Source of the DNA: a bacterium
GTDB taxonomy: Bacteria; Myxococcota_A; UBA9042
Assembly (NCBI GenBank): GCA_030425545.1
Contig: JAUIAC010000002.1
Coordinates: 2,778 to 66,777 of the forward strand
Length of the DNA: 64,000 nucleotides
Reading direction: 5' to 3'
Below the pieces are notes generated by a model. It ran no database searches. It was not told the origin of the DNA and worked only from the letters and a program-made list of their open reading frames with translations. The position numbers were made by a program, and so were the translations under genes. How positions within the stretch are numbered: position 1 is the stretch's first letter; every line of letters starts with the position of its first letter. Of this stretch, positions 1 through 9,344 are shown one piece after another.

Positions 1-294
1 GGGCTTGAGCATGCGGGTCGCGGCGAGCACGTCCACGGGCAGCGGCTCGGCGCGACCGCCCGGACGGACCTGCCACAGCCCCTTCTTGGGGCCGGTGCGC
101 GCCGTGAACACAAGCTGGTGCACGCCCTTCTTGTTCTTGGTGCGCACGTCCCACCCGCCGTTGACCCGGGTCGCGGTGAGCTCGGCGGTGCGCTCGGCGC
201 CGGTGTCCACCTGCGTGATGTGAACCGTGTTCTGCTTGGCGGGCGCCAGGCTGAGGCCGAACATCAGGGCGAAGAGCGTCAGGGTCTGGACCAT
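1..294 (-). CDS. Hypothetical secreted protein, 5' part only. Start codon at 294..292; the gene continues past the window start.
   Basis: Reverse complement of 1..294 translates as MVQTLTLFALMFGLSLAPAKQNTVHITQVDTGAERTAELTATRVNGGWDVRTKNKKGVHQLVFTARTGPKKGLWQV with no stop. The N-terminus looks like a signal peptide. It is absent from the ORF track because it has no stop inside the window. Confidence 0.45.
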   Translation of the reverse strand, partial: MVQTLTLFALMFGLSLAPAKQNTVHITQVDTGAERTAELTATRVNGGWDVRTKNKKGVHQLVFTARTGPKKGLWQVRPGGRAEPLPVDVLAATRMLKP

Positions 295-578
295 GGGGAC
301 CTCGTTGGGGGCGGTGTCGGGACCGCGGCGGGGGTTCACGTCGGGGGTCGGTCTGTGTCGCTCGTGGGTGGGCGCGGGCCGCCACGGCGACAGGCGACCT
401 GTGTACTCCAGGCAGCCGCCGCCTGTCAGGTACGGCCGGGGACGCCCCGTGATTCACCCTCGCGCAGGCCCACGGTGGGTATGGGAGATCGTAAGTCCAG
501 CGCTCGCTCGGCCGGAACCGGTCGCGGGGGTGAGACGACTTCCGCTATGCTCCCGTCCGCTTCCTGGGGAGGACGACG

Positions 579-3500
579 ATGCGAAGATTGCTACCACTGC
601 TCGCCTGTGCGCTGTGGCTGGTCGGGTGCGGCTCGGACGCCACCGTCAGCGGACCTGAGGGCAGCGTCGACGTCGCCACCGGACAAGACGGCACAGTCGG
701 CGCCGACGGCGCCGTGGACGAGGACAGCGGCGCCGACCTGGACGCTGGCGCCGAGGTCACGGGCGACGGGGCCTCGAGCGACGCGACGGTCGACGACGCC
801 TCCCAGGGCGCCTGCAGCGCCGACCAGTGCACCATCGACGGTCAGTGCTACGACAACGACACCCCCAACCCGAAGAACCCCTGTCAGGTCTGCCTGGTCA
901 TCGCCGACCCCAAGGCCTGGTCGGCCGACGACACGGCCAGCTGCGACGACGGCAGCGCCTGCACGTCGAAAGACACGTGCAGTGAGGGCGCGTGCGTCGG
1001 CGTGGCGCTCGGCTGCGACGACGACAACCCCTGCACGGACGACGGCTGCGTGGACGGGGAGCCCGGCGGTGGGGTGGGCGGCGGCGGCGGCTGCACCCAC
1101 ACGCCCAACACCAAGCCCTGCGTCGACGGCGACGTGTGCACGCTCAAAGACACCTGCGCCGAGGGCAAGTGCGCCGGCGGCAGTCCACGCGTCTGCGACG
1201 ACGGCAACGCCTGCACCGACGACACCTGCGACAAGAAGAAGGGCTGCGGCAAGGCCGCCAACACGGCCACGTGCGACGACGGTGACCCCTGCACCGGCGG
1301 CGAGGCTTGCGCTGGCGGCGTCTGCATCGGCGGCAAGGCCAAGGACTGCGACGACGGCGACGTCTGCACGGTGGACAGCTGCGACAAGAAGACGGGCTGC
1401 CAGCACGAGTCCATCGCCGACCTGTGCAAGGACGACAACGTCTGCACAGAGGACAGCTGCGACAAGAAGAAGGGCTGCGTCTACGGCTTCAACAGCAAGC
1501 CCTGTGACGACGGCAGCAAGTGCAGCGCGGCCGACACCTGCACCCAGGGCGCGTGCAAGGGCGCGCCGGTGCCCACGGACGACAACAACCCGTGCACCGA
1601 CGACGCGTGCGATCCGGCGACTGGCGTCAGCCACAAGGCCAACGCCCTGCCCTGCGAGGACGGCAGCAAGTGCACCCTGGGCGACACCTGCGCCAAGAGC
1701 GCGTGCGTGGCCGGCACCGACAAGCCGAACTGCGACGACAAGAACCCCTGCACCGCCGACAGCTGCAGCCCGGCCAAGGGGTGCGTCAACGCCAACACCA
1801 CCGAGCCCTGCGACGACGGCACCGCCTGCACCAAGGACGACGCCTGCAAGGGCGGCACCTGCGGCGGCACCGCGCTCAAGTGCGACGACGGTAACGCCTG
1901 CACGCTCGACAGCTGCGACGCCAAGACCGGCTGCGTGAACACCGTGAAGGAGACCAACAGCTGCCGCCCGGTGATCACCGTGAGCTACCCGCCGCGGGGC
2001 GCGACCATCAAGAGCGACATCGACTTCGTGGAGATCAAGGGCAAGGTCACGTCGGGCGCCGGTCCCATCACCGCGTTCACGCTCAACGGCGGCAAGGTCA
2101 AGCCGAAGGCGGACGGCACCTTCAAGAAGGTCCTTCAGGCCAAGCCGGGCGGCAACACGCTGGTCTTCCTGGCCAAGGACAGCCTGGGCACCGAGCGCAA
2201 GCGGGTGCAGGCCTTCCTGTGGTCGAACAAGTACCGCAAGCCGCAGAAGAGCAAGCCCATGAGCGGCGCCAACGACCCCGGCATCGCCTACTTCCTGAGC
2301 AAGACCGCCATCGACGACGGCAAGCACGACCTGCCGCCCAACGACCTGGCGACCATCTTCGAGCTCTTCATGCAGAGCTACGACATCGGCGCCATCATCC
2401 CCAACCCGGTCTACGACTCCGGCGGGCTCAAGGTGACGCTGAGCAACCTGAAGTACGGCAAGGCCAAGGTGACCCTGACGCCGGTGTCGGGCGCGCTGCG
2501 GCTGGTGGCGACCATCCCCAACGTGACCGCGGACCTGCAGGCGAGCTACTACTTCATCAAGCCGAAGGGGAAGCTGACCATCAGCAGCATCGTCATCACC
2601 TCGGACATCGTGCCGACGGTGAAGGCCCACAAGCTGGTGGTCGACCTGAAGAAGACCTCGGTCAAGCTCAACGGCTTCGACGTCAAGCTCTCGGGGCTCG
2701 GCGGGCTGCTCAACCCCTTGATCAACGCGCTGAAAGGCACCTTCATCAAGCAGCTCGAGACCAGCTTCACCGACGCGATCAAGAAGCAGCTGGGGCCGGT
2801 GGTGGCCGACGCGCTGAGCGCCCTGGCCTTCAGCTTCGCCTTCGATGTGCCGCGGCTCGACGGGACCGGGTCGATCAAGGCCGCGGTGGTGACCGACTTC
2901 GCCAAGGTCACCATCGACAGCTCCGGCGCCGTCTTCTGGCTGCGCTCCCAGGGCACGGCGAAGAAGGAGAACACGGTCGACAACCTCGGTGTGCCCGACC
3001 GCATCGGCTGTGGCACGGGCGTGCAGAACGTGGTGGTGCTGAAGAAGCACGCGCTGGAGCTGGCCCTGAGCGACGACGCGCTCAACCAGGTGCTCTACGC
3101 CATGTGGCTCGGCGGGCTGCTCGAGTTTCCGGTGCCCAAGTCGCTGCTCGGCAACATCAACCTCGACCAGTACGGGGTGAAGAACCTGAAGATGAAGGCC
3201 AAGGCGCTGCTGGCCCCGACCGTGAGTGACTGCAACGCCAAGGGCGAGCTGCTGGCGCACGTGGGCGACTTCCGCATCGACGCGTCGCTCGAGCTGCTCG
3301 GGCAGAAGATGGACGTGGTGCTGTGGGCGACCTTCCTCGCGGGGGTCGAGGTCACGGTGACGAAGAACAAGGCCGGGAACGCCGAGCTGGCGATCACGCT
3401 CAAGGAGGTCAAGAAGCTCGACCTCGAGGTCAACGTGCAGCAGGACAAGCTGGTGGGCTCCGAGAAGGTGCTGGCCGGCCTGGTGGGCGACAGCCTGGTG

Positions 3501-3671
3501 AAGGGGCTGCTCGGCGCGCTGGGCGGTGAGGCGCTGGGCTCCTTCGAGCTGCCAGCCATCGACCTGAGCGGGACGGTGCAGGGGCTGCCGAAGGGCACCG
3601 GTATCGCCATCGACCCGCAGTCGGTGACGCGCAAAGAGGGCAACACCATCGTCGGCGGCAAGCTGAAGTAG
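579..3671 (+). CDS. Large lipoprotein with about 11 Myxococcus cysteine-rich repeats (DUF4215/TIGR02232-like) and a roughly 560 aa C-terminal domain of unknown function.
   Basis: Lipobox in MRRLLPLLACALWLVGC. The motif C-x2-D-x2-C-x5-C recurs (DDGNACTDDTCD, DDGDVCTVDSCD and similar). GGAGG sits 8 nt upstream of the ATG. Amino-acid composition is normal, unlike the fully antisense ORF 591..3731. Confidence 0.85.
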   Translation: MRRLLPLLACALWLVGCGSDATVSGPEGSVDVATGQDGTVGADGAVDEDSGADLDAGAEVTGDGASSDATVDDASQGACSADQCTIDGQCYDNDTPNPKNPCQVCLVIADPKAWSADDTASCDDGSACTSKDTCSEGACVGVALGCDDDNPCTDDGCVDGEPGGGVGGGGGCTHTPNTKPCVDGDVCTLKDTCAEGKCAGGSPRVCDDGNACTDDTCDKKKGCGKAANTATCDDGDPCTGGEACAGGVCIGGKAKDCDDGDVCTVDSCDKKTGCQHESIADLCKDDNVCTEDSCDKKKGCVYGFNSKPCDDGSKCSAADTCTQGACKGAPVPTDDNNPCTDDACDPATGVSHKANALPCEDGSKCTLGDTCAKSACVAGTDKPNCDDKNPCTADSCSPAKGCVNANTTEPCDDGTACTKDDACKGGTCGGTALKCDDGNACTLDSCDAKTGCVNTVKETNSCRPVITVSYPPRGATIKSDIDFVEIKGKVTSGAGPITAFTLNGGKVKPKADGTFKKVLQAKPGGNTLVFLAKDSLGTERKRVQAFLWSNKYRKPQKSKPMSGANDPGIAYFLSKTAIDDGKHDLPPNDLATIFELFMQSYDIGAIIPNPVYDSGGLKVTLSNLKYGKAKVTLTPVSGALRLVATIPNVTADLQASYYFIKPKGKLTISSIVITSDIVPTVKAHKLVVDLKKTSVKLNGFDVKLSGLGGLLNPLINALKGTFIKQLETSFTDAIKKQLGPVVADALSALAFSFAFDVPRLDGTGSIKAAVVTDFAKVTIDSSGAVFWLRSQGTAKKENTVDNLGVPDRIGCGTGVQNVVVLKKHALELALSDDALNQVLYAMWLGGLLEFPVPKSLLGNINLDQYGVKNLKMKAKALLAPTVSDCNAKGELLAHVGDFRIDASLELLGQKMDVVLWATFLAGVEVTVTKNKAGNAELAITLKEVKKLDLEVNVQQDKLVGSEKVLAGLVGDSLVKGLLGALGGEALGSFELPAIDLSGTVQGLPKGTGIAIDPQSVTRKEGNTIVGGKLK

Positions 3672-3680
3672 GGGGCGGAC

Positions 3681-5783
3681 ATGCGAGCGAAGCGGCGCCC
3701 CTCGGGGCTGGACATGAGGGCAGAGAGCCACGGGACGACCTCGCGCAAGGGCTGGGTAGGGGCGCTCGCCTTGGCGTGCACCCTGGCGGCGTGCGGCGCA
3801 GACGAGGGGAGCGAAGGTGCGGGCGGGAGCGACGCCATCGCCGACGCCGCCGCGGGCGACACGGGGGCCACGGCCGACGGCACCGCGACGAGCGACGACG
3901 CGACGACGGACGACGGCGGCCCAGCGGACAGCGCCGCGAAGAGCGACGACGCGGCAGGCTCACCCGACGCAGCTGCAGCCCACACCTGTGACGACGACAA
4001 GGCCTGCGACGACAAGCTGAGCTGCACCCAGGACAGCTGCACCGCGGGGGCCAGCGGTGGCGCCAAGGCCTGCTCCTGGTCGCTGAAGCCGGACTTCTGC
4101 CTGATCGGCAAGGTCTGCTACGCCAAGGGCGCGGCCCACCCCACCCTGCCCTGCAAGGTGTGCGACCCAGCGGCGAGCACGAGCGGCTGGTCCCAGGCCG
4201 CGCCAGACGCGCCGTGCGAGGACGGCGTCACGTGCACAGTCGACGGCGCCTGCGACGCGGCCGGGGTTTGCAAGGGCAAGCCGCTGACCTGCGACGACGG
4301 CAACCCGTGCACGGACGACGTGTGCCAGCAAGGCCAGGGCTGCGTGTACCCGCCCAAGCCCGGCGACTGCAGCGACGACGACGCCTGCACAAAAGACGAC
4401 GTGTGCGTGGAAGGCACCTGCCTGGGCGACGCCGTGAGCTGCGACGACGACAACCCCTGTACCCAGGACAGCTGCGACCCCAAGACGGCGGGTCAGGACG
4501 GCACCGGCTGCGCCCACTCGAACACAGCCGACCCGTGCGACGACGGCGACGCCTGCACGGCGGACGACACCTGCGCCGAGGGTGTGTGCAAGGCCACGGG
4601 CGCGACCAACTGCGACGACGGCAACGCCTGCACGCTCGACGTGTGCAAGCCCGCCGCGGGCTGCGCCCACCTGCCCACTCAGAGCCCCTGCTGCACGGGT
4701 CAGACCAGCATCTGCGACGACGGCAACCCCTGCACGACAGACCTGTGCGACCCCAAGACCGGGGGCTGCAGCAAGAAGCAGAACACGGCGGTGTGCGACG
4801 ACGGCGACGCCTGCACCAGCAAGGACACCTGCGCCAAGGGCGCCTGCGCGGGCAAGGTGAGCGACTGCGACGACAAGAACGCCTGCACCACCGACGCGTG
4901 CGACAAGTCCAAGGGCTGCGTGCATGCGGCGACCAACGCCGGCAAGCCCTGCGACGACGGCGACGTGTGCAGCAAGAACGACACCTGCCAGAGCGGCAAG
5001 TGCGTCGGCACGGGCGGCTGCGCGTGCACGCCGAAGTTCAGCCAGGTGGCAGCCAAGGTCACCGACATCAAGGTCGGCAAGGGTGGGCAGCCGGGCGAGG
5101 GCCTCGACCTCGACGGCAACGCCAAGACCTGCGCGCCCTCGAGCAGCTGCACGGGCGGCATCGACAACGCCCTGGGAGCCCTCGCGGGCCTGGTCAACGG
5201 GCAGCTCGACAAGCCGGTGCAGGACGGCAGCATCCTCGTGCTCGTGGAGCTCATCGACTTCAAGCAGGGGCCGGTCAAGGCGGCGGTCCACTTGGGGACC
5301 GTTGATCCCAGCAACAAGACCTGCGACTTCCAGAAGCAGACCTGCAAGTACCTCGCTGCACAGTCGCTGCTCGACCCTGTGACCTGCGCGTCGAAGGCGG
5401 TGCTCTCGGGCAAGCTGGTCGGCACCAAGCTCACCGTCGGCGCCAAGGGCGAGGGCTTCCCGGTTGGGCTGCCGCTGCAGGACGGCGTCAACCTGAACCT
5501 GATGCTCTACGACCTGCAGCTGGTGGGCACGGTGGTCACCTCGGGCGGCAAGCTCACGTCCATGACCGGCATCCTGGGCGCCGCGGTGCTGAAGGCCGAC
5601 CTGGAGAAGGCCATCGACGCCCTGCCCAACGAGGGCCTGCCCGTGCCCAAGGCGACCATCAAGGCGCTGCTGGCGAGCACGGTGGAGGTGGACGTGGACG
5701 TGGACGGCGACGGCAAGAAGGAGGCCTCGTCCATCGCCCTGAAGATCAAGGCGATCCCGGCGGTGCTCAGCGGCGCCAAGTAG
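3681..5783 (+). CDS. Paralogous lipoprotein with Myxococcus cysteine-rich repeats and a related C-terminal domain.
   Basis: Lipobox in ALALACTLAACG. It carries the same Cys-rich repeat type. Its C-terminal region shares motifs with the upstream gene (KALLAPTVSDC versus KALLASTVEVD). It starts 9 nt after the stop of the previous gene, which suggests an operon. An alternative ATG lies at 3711. Confidence 0.8.
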   Translation: MRAKRRPSGLDMRAESHGTTSRKGWVGALALACTLAACGADEGSEGAGGSDAIADAAAGDTGATADGTATSDDATTDDGGPADSAAKSDDAAGSPDAAAAHTCDDDKACDDKLSCTQDSCTAGASGGAKACSWSLKPDFCLIGKVCYAKGAAHPTLPCKVCDPAASTSGWSQAAPDAPCEDGVTCTVDGACDAAGVCKGKPLTCDDGNPCTDDVCQQGQGCVYPPKPGDCSDDDACTKDDVCVEGTCLGDAVSCDDDNPCTQDSCDPKTAGQDGTGCAHSNTADPCDDGDACTADDTCAEGVCKATGATNCDDGNACTLDVCKPAAGCAHLPTQSPCCTGQTSICDDGNPCTTDLCDPKTGGCSKKQNTAVCDDGDACTSKDTCAKGACAGKVSDCDDKNACTTDACDKSKGCVHAATNAGKPCDDGDVCSKNDTCQSGKCVGTGGCACTPKFSQVAAKVTDIKVGKGGQPGEGLDLDGNAKTCAPSSSCTGGIDNALGALAGLVNGQLDKPVQDGSILVLVELIDFKQGPVKAAVHLGTVDPSNKTCDFQKQTCKYLAAQSLLDPVTCASKAVLSGKLVGTKLTVGAKGEGFPVGLPLQDGVNLNLMLYDLQLVGTVVTSGGKLTSMTGILGAAVLKADLEKAIDALPNEGLPVPKATIKALLASTVEVDVDVDGDGKKEASSIALKIKAIPAVLSGAK

Positions 5784-5916
5784 CGCCGTCGCCGCGTCGG
5801 CGAGCCACGCAGGGCGGGCCCTTTGGAGCCGGCTGCGCCGCGCGTTATCTGTAAACTTGATGTTTAGCTAGTCTCTCTGAGCGTGCGACGACGCGCCCTC
5901 GGGTGCGCGATCGCGC

Positions 5917-8586
5917 TCACGGCGGCGTGAAGTCCACGGTGTCGGCGTCGGTCGACACCACGGCCACGCCGCGCAGGGTCTCGCGCCGCAGCTCGGGCAG
6001 CAGCGTCTCGAGCTGGCCGCGCAGGGCTGCGGCGTTGGGCGGGCGACGCTCGGGGTCGCGGGCGATGGTCCGCATGATCAGGGAGGTCAGCGAGCGAGGC
6101 AGCGGCGCCGGCAGGACCTGCGTCAGCGCTCGCGGCTCCGACCGGACGCGGGCGAGCAGCAACGCGATGCTGTGGTCGCCCTCGAAGGGCAGCTTGCCGG
6201 ACAGGGCCTCGTACAGGACCGTGCCGAGCGCGTAGAGGTCTGTGCGGCCGTCGATGGCGTGACACTCCACCTGCTCCGGCGCCATGTAGTGGGGCGTGCC
6301 GATGGCGTGCCCGTCGGTGGTGAGAGCGGGGTCCGTGGAGTCGAGCGACTTGGCGACGCCGAAGTCGATGATGCGAGCGCGCTCCGTGCCGTCGGCGTTG
6401 CGTGTGACAAAGAGGTTCGCCGGCTTCAGGTCGCGGTGCACGACCCCGGCGGCGTGCGCCACCTCGAGCCCACGGAGGATGTCGATGGCGAGGGCACAGG
6501 CGCGCGCGGGGTGCAGCGTCCCGGTGCGCTTCATGATCGTCCAGAGCTCTTCGCCGTGCAGCCGCTCCATGGCGACGAAGAGGTGACCCTCGCGCCCCCG
6601 GCCGTGGTCGAGCACCCGCGCGATATAGGGGCTGACGATGTCCCGTACGAGGCGACCTTCGTTGAAGAAGCGCTGGACCTGAACCGGGTCCTCTGCCAGC
6701 CGCGGGTGCAGCAGCTTGACCACCACCTCGCCGCCGAGCTCGTCGGCGGCGAGCCAGGCGGTGCCGAAGCCGCCGCCCCCGAGGGCCTCGCGGAGCACAT
6801 AGCGTCCGTCGACCGCGAGGCCTGCGGCTGGCGGCATGCGCGGAGGCGAGTGCCGTAGGGGCGGCGCAGAGCGCGCCGGGTGGGCCAGGCGCACCCGCAT
6901 GGGGCCGAGCGCCGCCGGATGGGGCTCGGTCTGCACGCCGTCCAGGCGGAGGCCTCCGGCGACCTCAGCGTCGGCCGCGTCCGCCACCGCCACCAACACG
7001 GCCCCGCCGGCGGCGGCGTCGGCCAGCGCCAGCGCGCGCTGGACCGTGCCGCCACAGGGTGTGTCTCGGTCGTCGATGCGGCGGTGGACCACCGGGCCCA
7101 CCGAGAGCGCGCCGCCCAGGTGTGGCGCCCCCTCCAACAGCGAGGCCGCCCGTAACGCGGCGATGCCATCGTTGAAGGTGGCCACCACCGTGTCCGTGCG
7201 CGCGAGGATCGCGCTGGGCTCCCACGCCTTCAGCGCCGTGGCCAGCGCCTCCCGCGCGGACTGTCCCCCCCGCACGAGCCGGGCGGCCAGCACCACCGAG
7301 CGGGTCACGGTCACGTCGAGGTCCGGATGCAACATGCCGGGCGGGATCGCCGCGCGCGCGTCGTCGAGCTCCAGCAGCCGCCCCGCCGTCAGCGCGTCGG
7401 GCTCGAGCGCAGGCCGCTCCACGAGCAGGGTCACCGGACGCTTCAGCTCGTTGCTCAGGTCGAAGGTGACGCGGCCGGGCTCGGCGCGCAGCAGCCCGGG
7501 GCTCAGGGTTCCGCCACGCAGCTGCAGGCTCAGCGCGCGCCCGACCACGTCGGCCCGCACCTGCAGGCTCGCCGTGCTGGTGGCGGGAAAGGTGCGCAAG
7601 CGATAGGCGCCAGCGAGCAGCGCCACGTCGAACTGCACCCGCTCGCCGGCCTGAATCACGGTCTGCGAGAGGATGTGGGGCGTGCGCCCGGGCCCCCCGA
7701 TGCAGAGCAGCGGCTCCTCGATCTTGCGAATCCGCGGGTCGACGCCGAAGCCCACCACCAGGTTGTCGGGCAGCGAGCCGTCGAAGGGCAGGTTGCACGA
7801 GGGGCAGTGCACGTCGCGCGGACCGGCCCCGAGCCGCGGCGCCGTGGCCTTGGCGACCCGGCACGAGGGGCAGCGGAGCTCCCACGACACGGTCAACACC
7901 CCTCCCGCCACCGCGTCGAGGAAGGCGACCACGGTCTCCGCCTCGGGCAGCTGCCATCGGCGCGCCAGCCGCAAGGGGTTGAGCTGACGCTGCAGGCGGA
8001 GCGGCGCCTTGTGAATCAGCTGTGCCAGGCGCTTGGCGACCGCAGGGGAGCGCACCCCCTCGAGGCCACGTTCGAGCAGATCGCCAGCGCGACGAGGCAG
8101 CGCGGGCGGCGGGTCGTCGAAGAGACTGCGCTCCCCGTCGAGCACGGCGACGGCCCGCCTGAGCGCGCGGTCCAGGCCGGGCCGCGTGAAGAGCCGCGCG
8201 TCCGCCACGACGGCTGGGCGCGTCACCGTGACACGTGGGGTGATGACGACGCGGTAGTCGATGCTGGTGCCCTTGGGGTCCGCCGTCAGGTCGAGGCTGA
8301 CCACGTAGCTCCGTGCAGGCCCGCCGTGGAAACGCCGGTTCACAGCGAAGCGCCGCGGGGCGTCCCAGACGAAGGGCCGCTCGTCCCAGCGCAGCGGGAT
8401 CCCCGCGCGGCGGAGCGTGCCGGTGCGCTTCACCGAGCCGTCGGGCTGCGCCTCTTCTTCGAAGCTCTGATCGATGCCAGCGACGCGGTTGAAGCGGTCG
8501 GTGTCCGAGAGCAGCGCCCACGTGCGCTCGAGCGGCGCGGTCGTGCGCAATCGCCAGCGGAGCTCGACGGGCCGTACCTCGGGCAT
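5917..8586 (-). CDS. Multidomain Ser/Thr protein kinase. It has an N-terminal SRPBCC-like region, a class III nucleotidyl-cyclase-like domain and a C-terminal Hanks kinase domain.
   Basis: The kinase region carries HRDLKPANLF, DFGVAK and GTPHYMAPE and begins near YVLREALGGGGFGTAWLA. The middle region has VATFNDGIAAL...LSVGPVVH, typical of cyclase homology domains. Confidence 0.88.
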   Translation of the reverse strand: MPEVRPVELRWRLRTTAPLERTWALLSDTDRFNRVAGIDQSFEEEAQPDGSVKRTGTLRRAGIPLRWDERPFVWDAPRRFAVNRRFHGGPARSYVVSLDLTADPKGTSIDYRVVITPRVTVTRPAVVADARLFTRPGLDRALRRAVAVLDGERSLFDDPPPALPRRAGDLLERGLEGVRSPAVAKRLAQLIHKAPLRLQRQLNPLRLARRWQLPEAETVVAFLDAVAGGVLTVSWELRCPSCRVAKATAPRLGAGPRDVHCPSCNLPFDGSLPDNLVVGFGVDPRIRKIEEPLLCIGGPGRTPHILSQTVIQAGERVQFDVALLAGAYRLRTFPATSTASLQVRADVVGRALSLQLRGGTLSPGLLRAEPGRVTFDLSNELKRPVTLLVERPALEPDALTAGRLLELDDARAAIPPGMLHPDLDVTVTRSVVLAARLVRGGQSAREALATALKAWEPSAILARTDTVVATFNDGIAALRAASLLEGAPHLGGALSVGPVVHRRIDDRDTPCGGTVQRALALADAAAGGAVLVAVADAADAEVAGGLRLDGVQTEPHPAALGPMRVRLAHPARSAPPLRHSPPRMPPAAGLAVDGRYVLREALGGGGFGTAWLAADELGGEVVVKLLHPRLAEDPVQVQRFFNEGRLVRDIVSPYIARVLDHGRGREGHLFVAMERLHGEELWTIMKRTGTLHPARACALAIDILRGLEVAHAAGVVHRDLKPANLFVTRNADGTERARIIDFGVAKSLDSTDPALTTDGHAIGTPHYMAPEQVECHAIDGRTDLYALGTVLYEALSGKLPFEGDHSIALLLARVRSEPRALTQVLPAPLPRSLTSLIMRTIARDPERRPPNAAALRGQLETLLPELRRETLRGVAVVSTDADTVDFTPP

Positions 8587-8737
8587 GGGTCCTCAGGGCA
8601 AGGGGCGAGTGCTCAACCCAACCGAGGCGAGCGGGGTCGCGGGGGTTGGCGTGGCTGCGATCGAAGCGCACGAGACGGCGACGGACCGTCGCCTCGTGCG
8701 AAGCATAGCGCAGCGGCCGAGCCCAGGGCAGTGCGAC

Positions 8738-8773
8738 GGCCGCCCCGGGCCAGCGCGCTGGCCCGGGGCGGCC
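8738..8773. promoter_or_regulatory. Perfect 36 bp GC-rich palindrome (ggccgccccgggccagcgcgctggcccggggcggcc) in a divergent intergenic region.
   Basis: Read directly from the sequence. It is self-complementary over 36 nt, giving a 16 bp stem with a 4 nt loop. It lies about 150 bp upstream of the kinase start at 8586 and of the ORF starting at 8926. Confidence 0.4.
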
Positions 8774-8925
8774 ACAATCCAAAAGACGCACGACGGCGCG
8801 TCCCACCCGGTGACGGACCCGCCGCCGACGCGGCAAGTGGGGATACATCCGCGGATCGCGCTGGCTGAGTCGGCCAGCACGGAGCGCATCAACCCAAGCC
8901 GCTGACGGCTACTCAGGAGTTCTCC

Positions 8926-9210
8926 ATGCATCGCTCTCGCTCCCCCTGGACGGTCGCCGTCGTGACCCTTCTCTCGGCCCTGCTCTTCGCGAGCGCGGCG
9001 TCAGCGGCCCCCACCCATCGCACCAAGCCGGGCTCCGATCGGGAGACCTTCATCGTCTTTGACGGCCTCACGATGACCGCGACGGTCCGGCGCGGTGACG
9101 CGCTGATGCTGGCGTGGCGCCGGGCGCGCTTCGAGCCGATCCTGCGGCTCAAGCGACTCGACCTCGGCAAGGCCCTGTCCCTCAGCGCACGGTCGCAGAA
9201 GCTGAAGTAG
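8926..9210 (+). CDS. Small hypothetical secreted protein, 94 aa.
   Basis: N-terminal signal peptide MHRSRSPWTVAVVTLLSALLFASAASAAP. No recognisable domain. The assumed frame is purine/GC3-rich. Confidence 0.4.
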   Translation: MHRSRSPWTVAVVTLLSALLFASAASAAPTHRTKPGSDRETFIVFDGLTMTATVRRGDALMLAWRRARFEPILRLKRLDLGKALSLSARSQKLK

Positions 9211-9344
9211 GGGCGCCCGACCCGCGCCGTTGCCCTCGCGGTCACGCGCGCGCAGGCTCCGGGAAGACGCTGGCTTCGCTGCGGGTTCTGGCTCCGATCG
9301 ACGCGAGCCGCCCGAGCGCCACGTCGGTGCTCGCCGGAGACCTC

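Noticed and set aside
118-1938. A 606 aa plus-strand ORF overlapping the first lipoprotein gene in another frame.
   Set aside because: It is in an alternative frame of the real gene. The product is pure Ala/Thr/Pro/Arg low complexity with no start context.
591-3731. A 1046 aa ORF fully antisense to the first Cys-rich lipoprotein gene. The same pattern holds at 3960..5291, 8913..10616, 13501..14694, 14594..15946, 23648..25351, 26878..28809, 28785..30308, 30404..31756, 35311..38043, 42816..44327, 44589..45737, 48008..49447, 52442..54493 and 56763..58397.
   Set aside because: Their translations are Arg/Ala/Gly/Pro-rich low-complexity strings with no motifs. The opposite strand carries recognisable domains, signal peptides and GC3-rich codon usage. 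Long antisense ORFs are an expected artefact of 70% GC DNA with a strong third-position bias.
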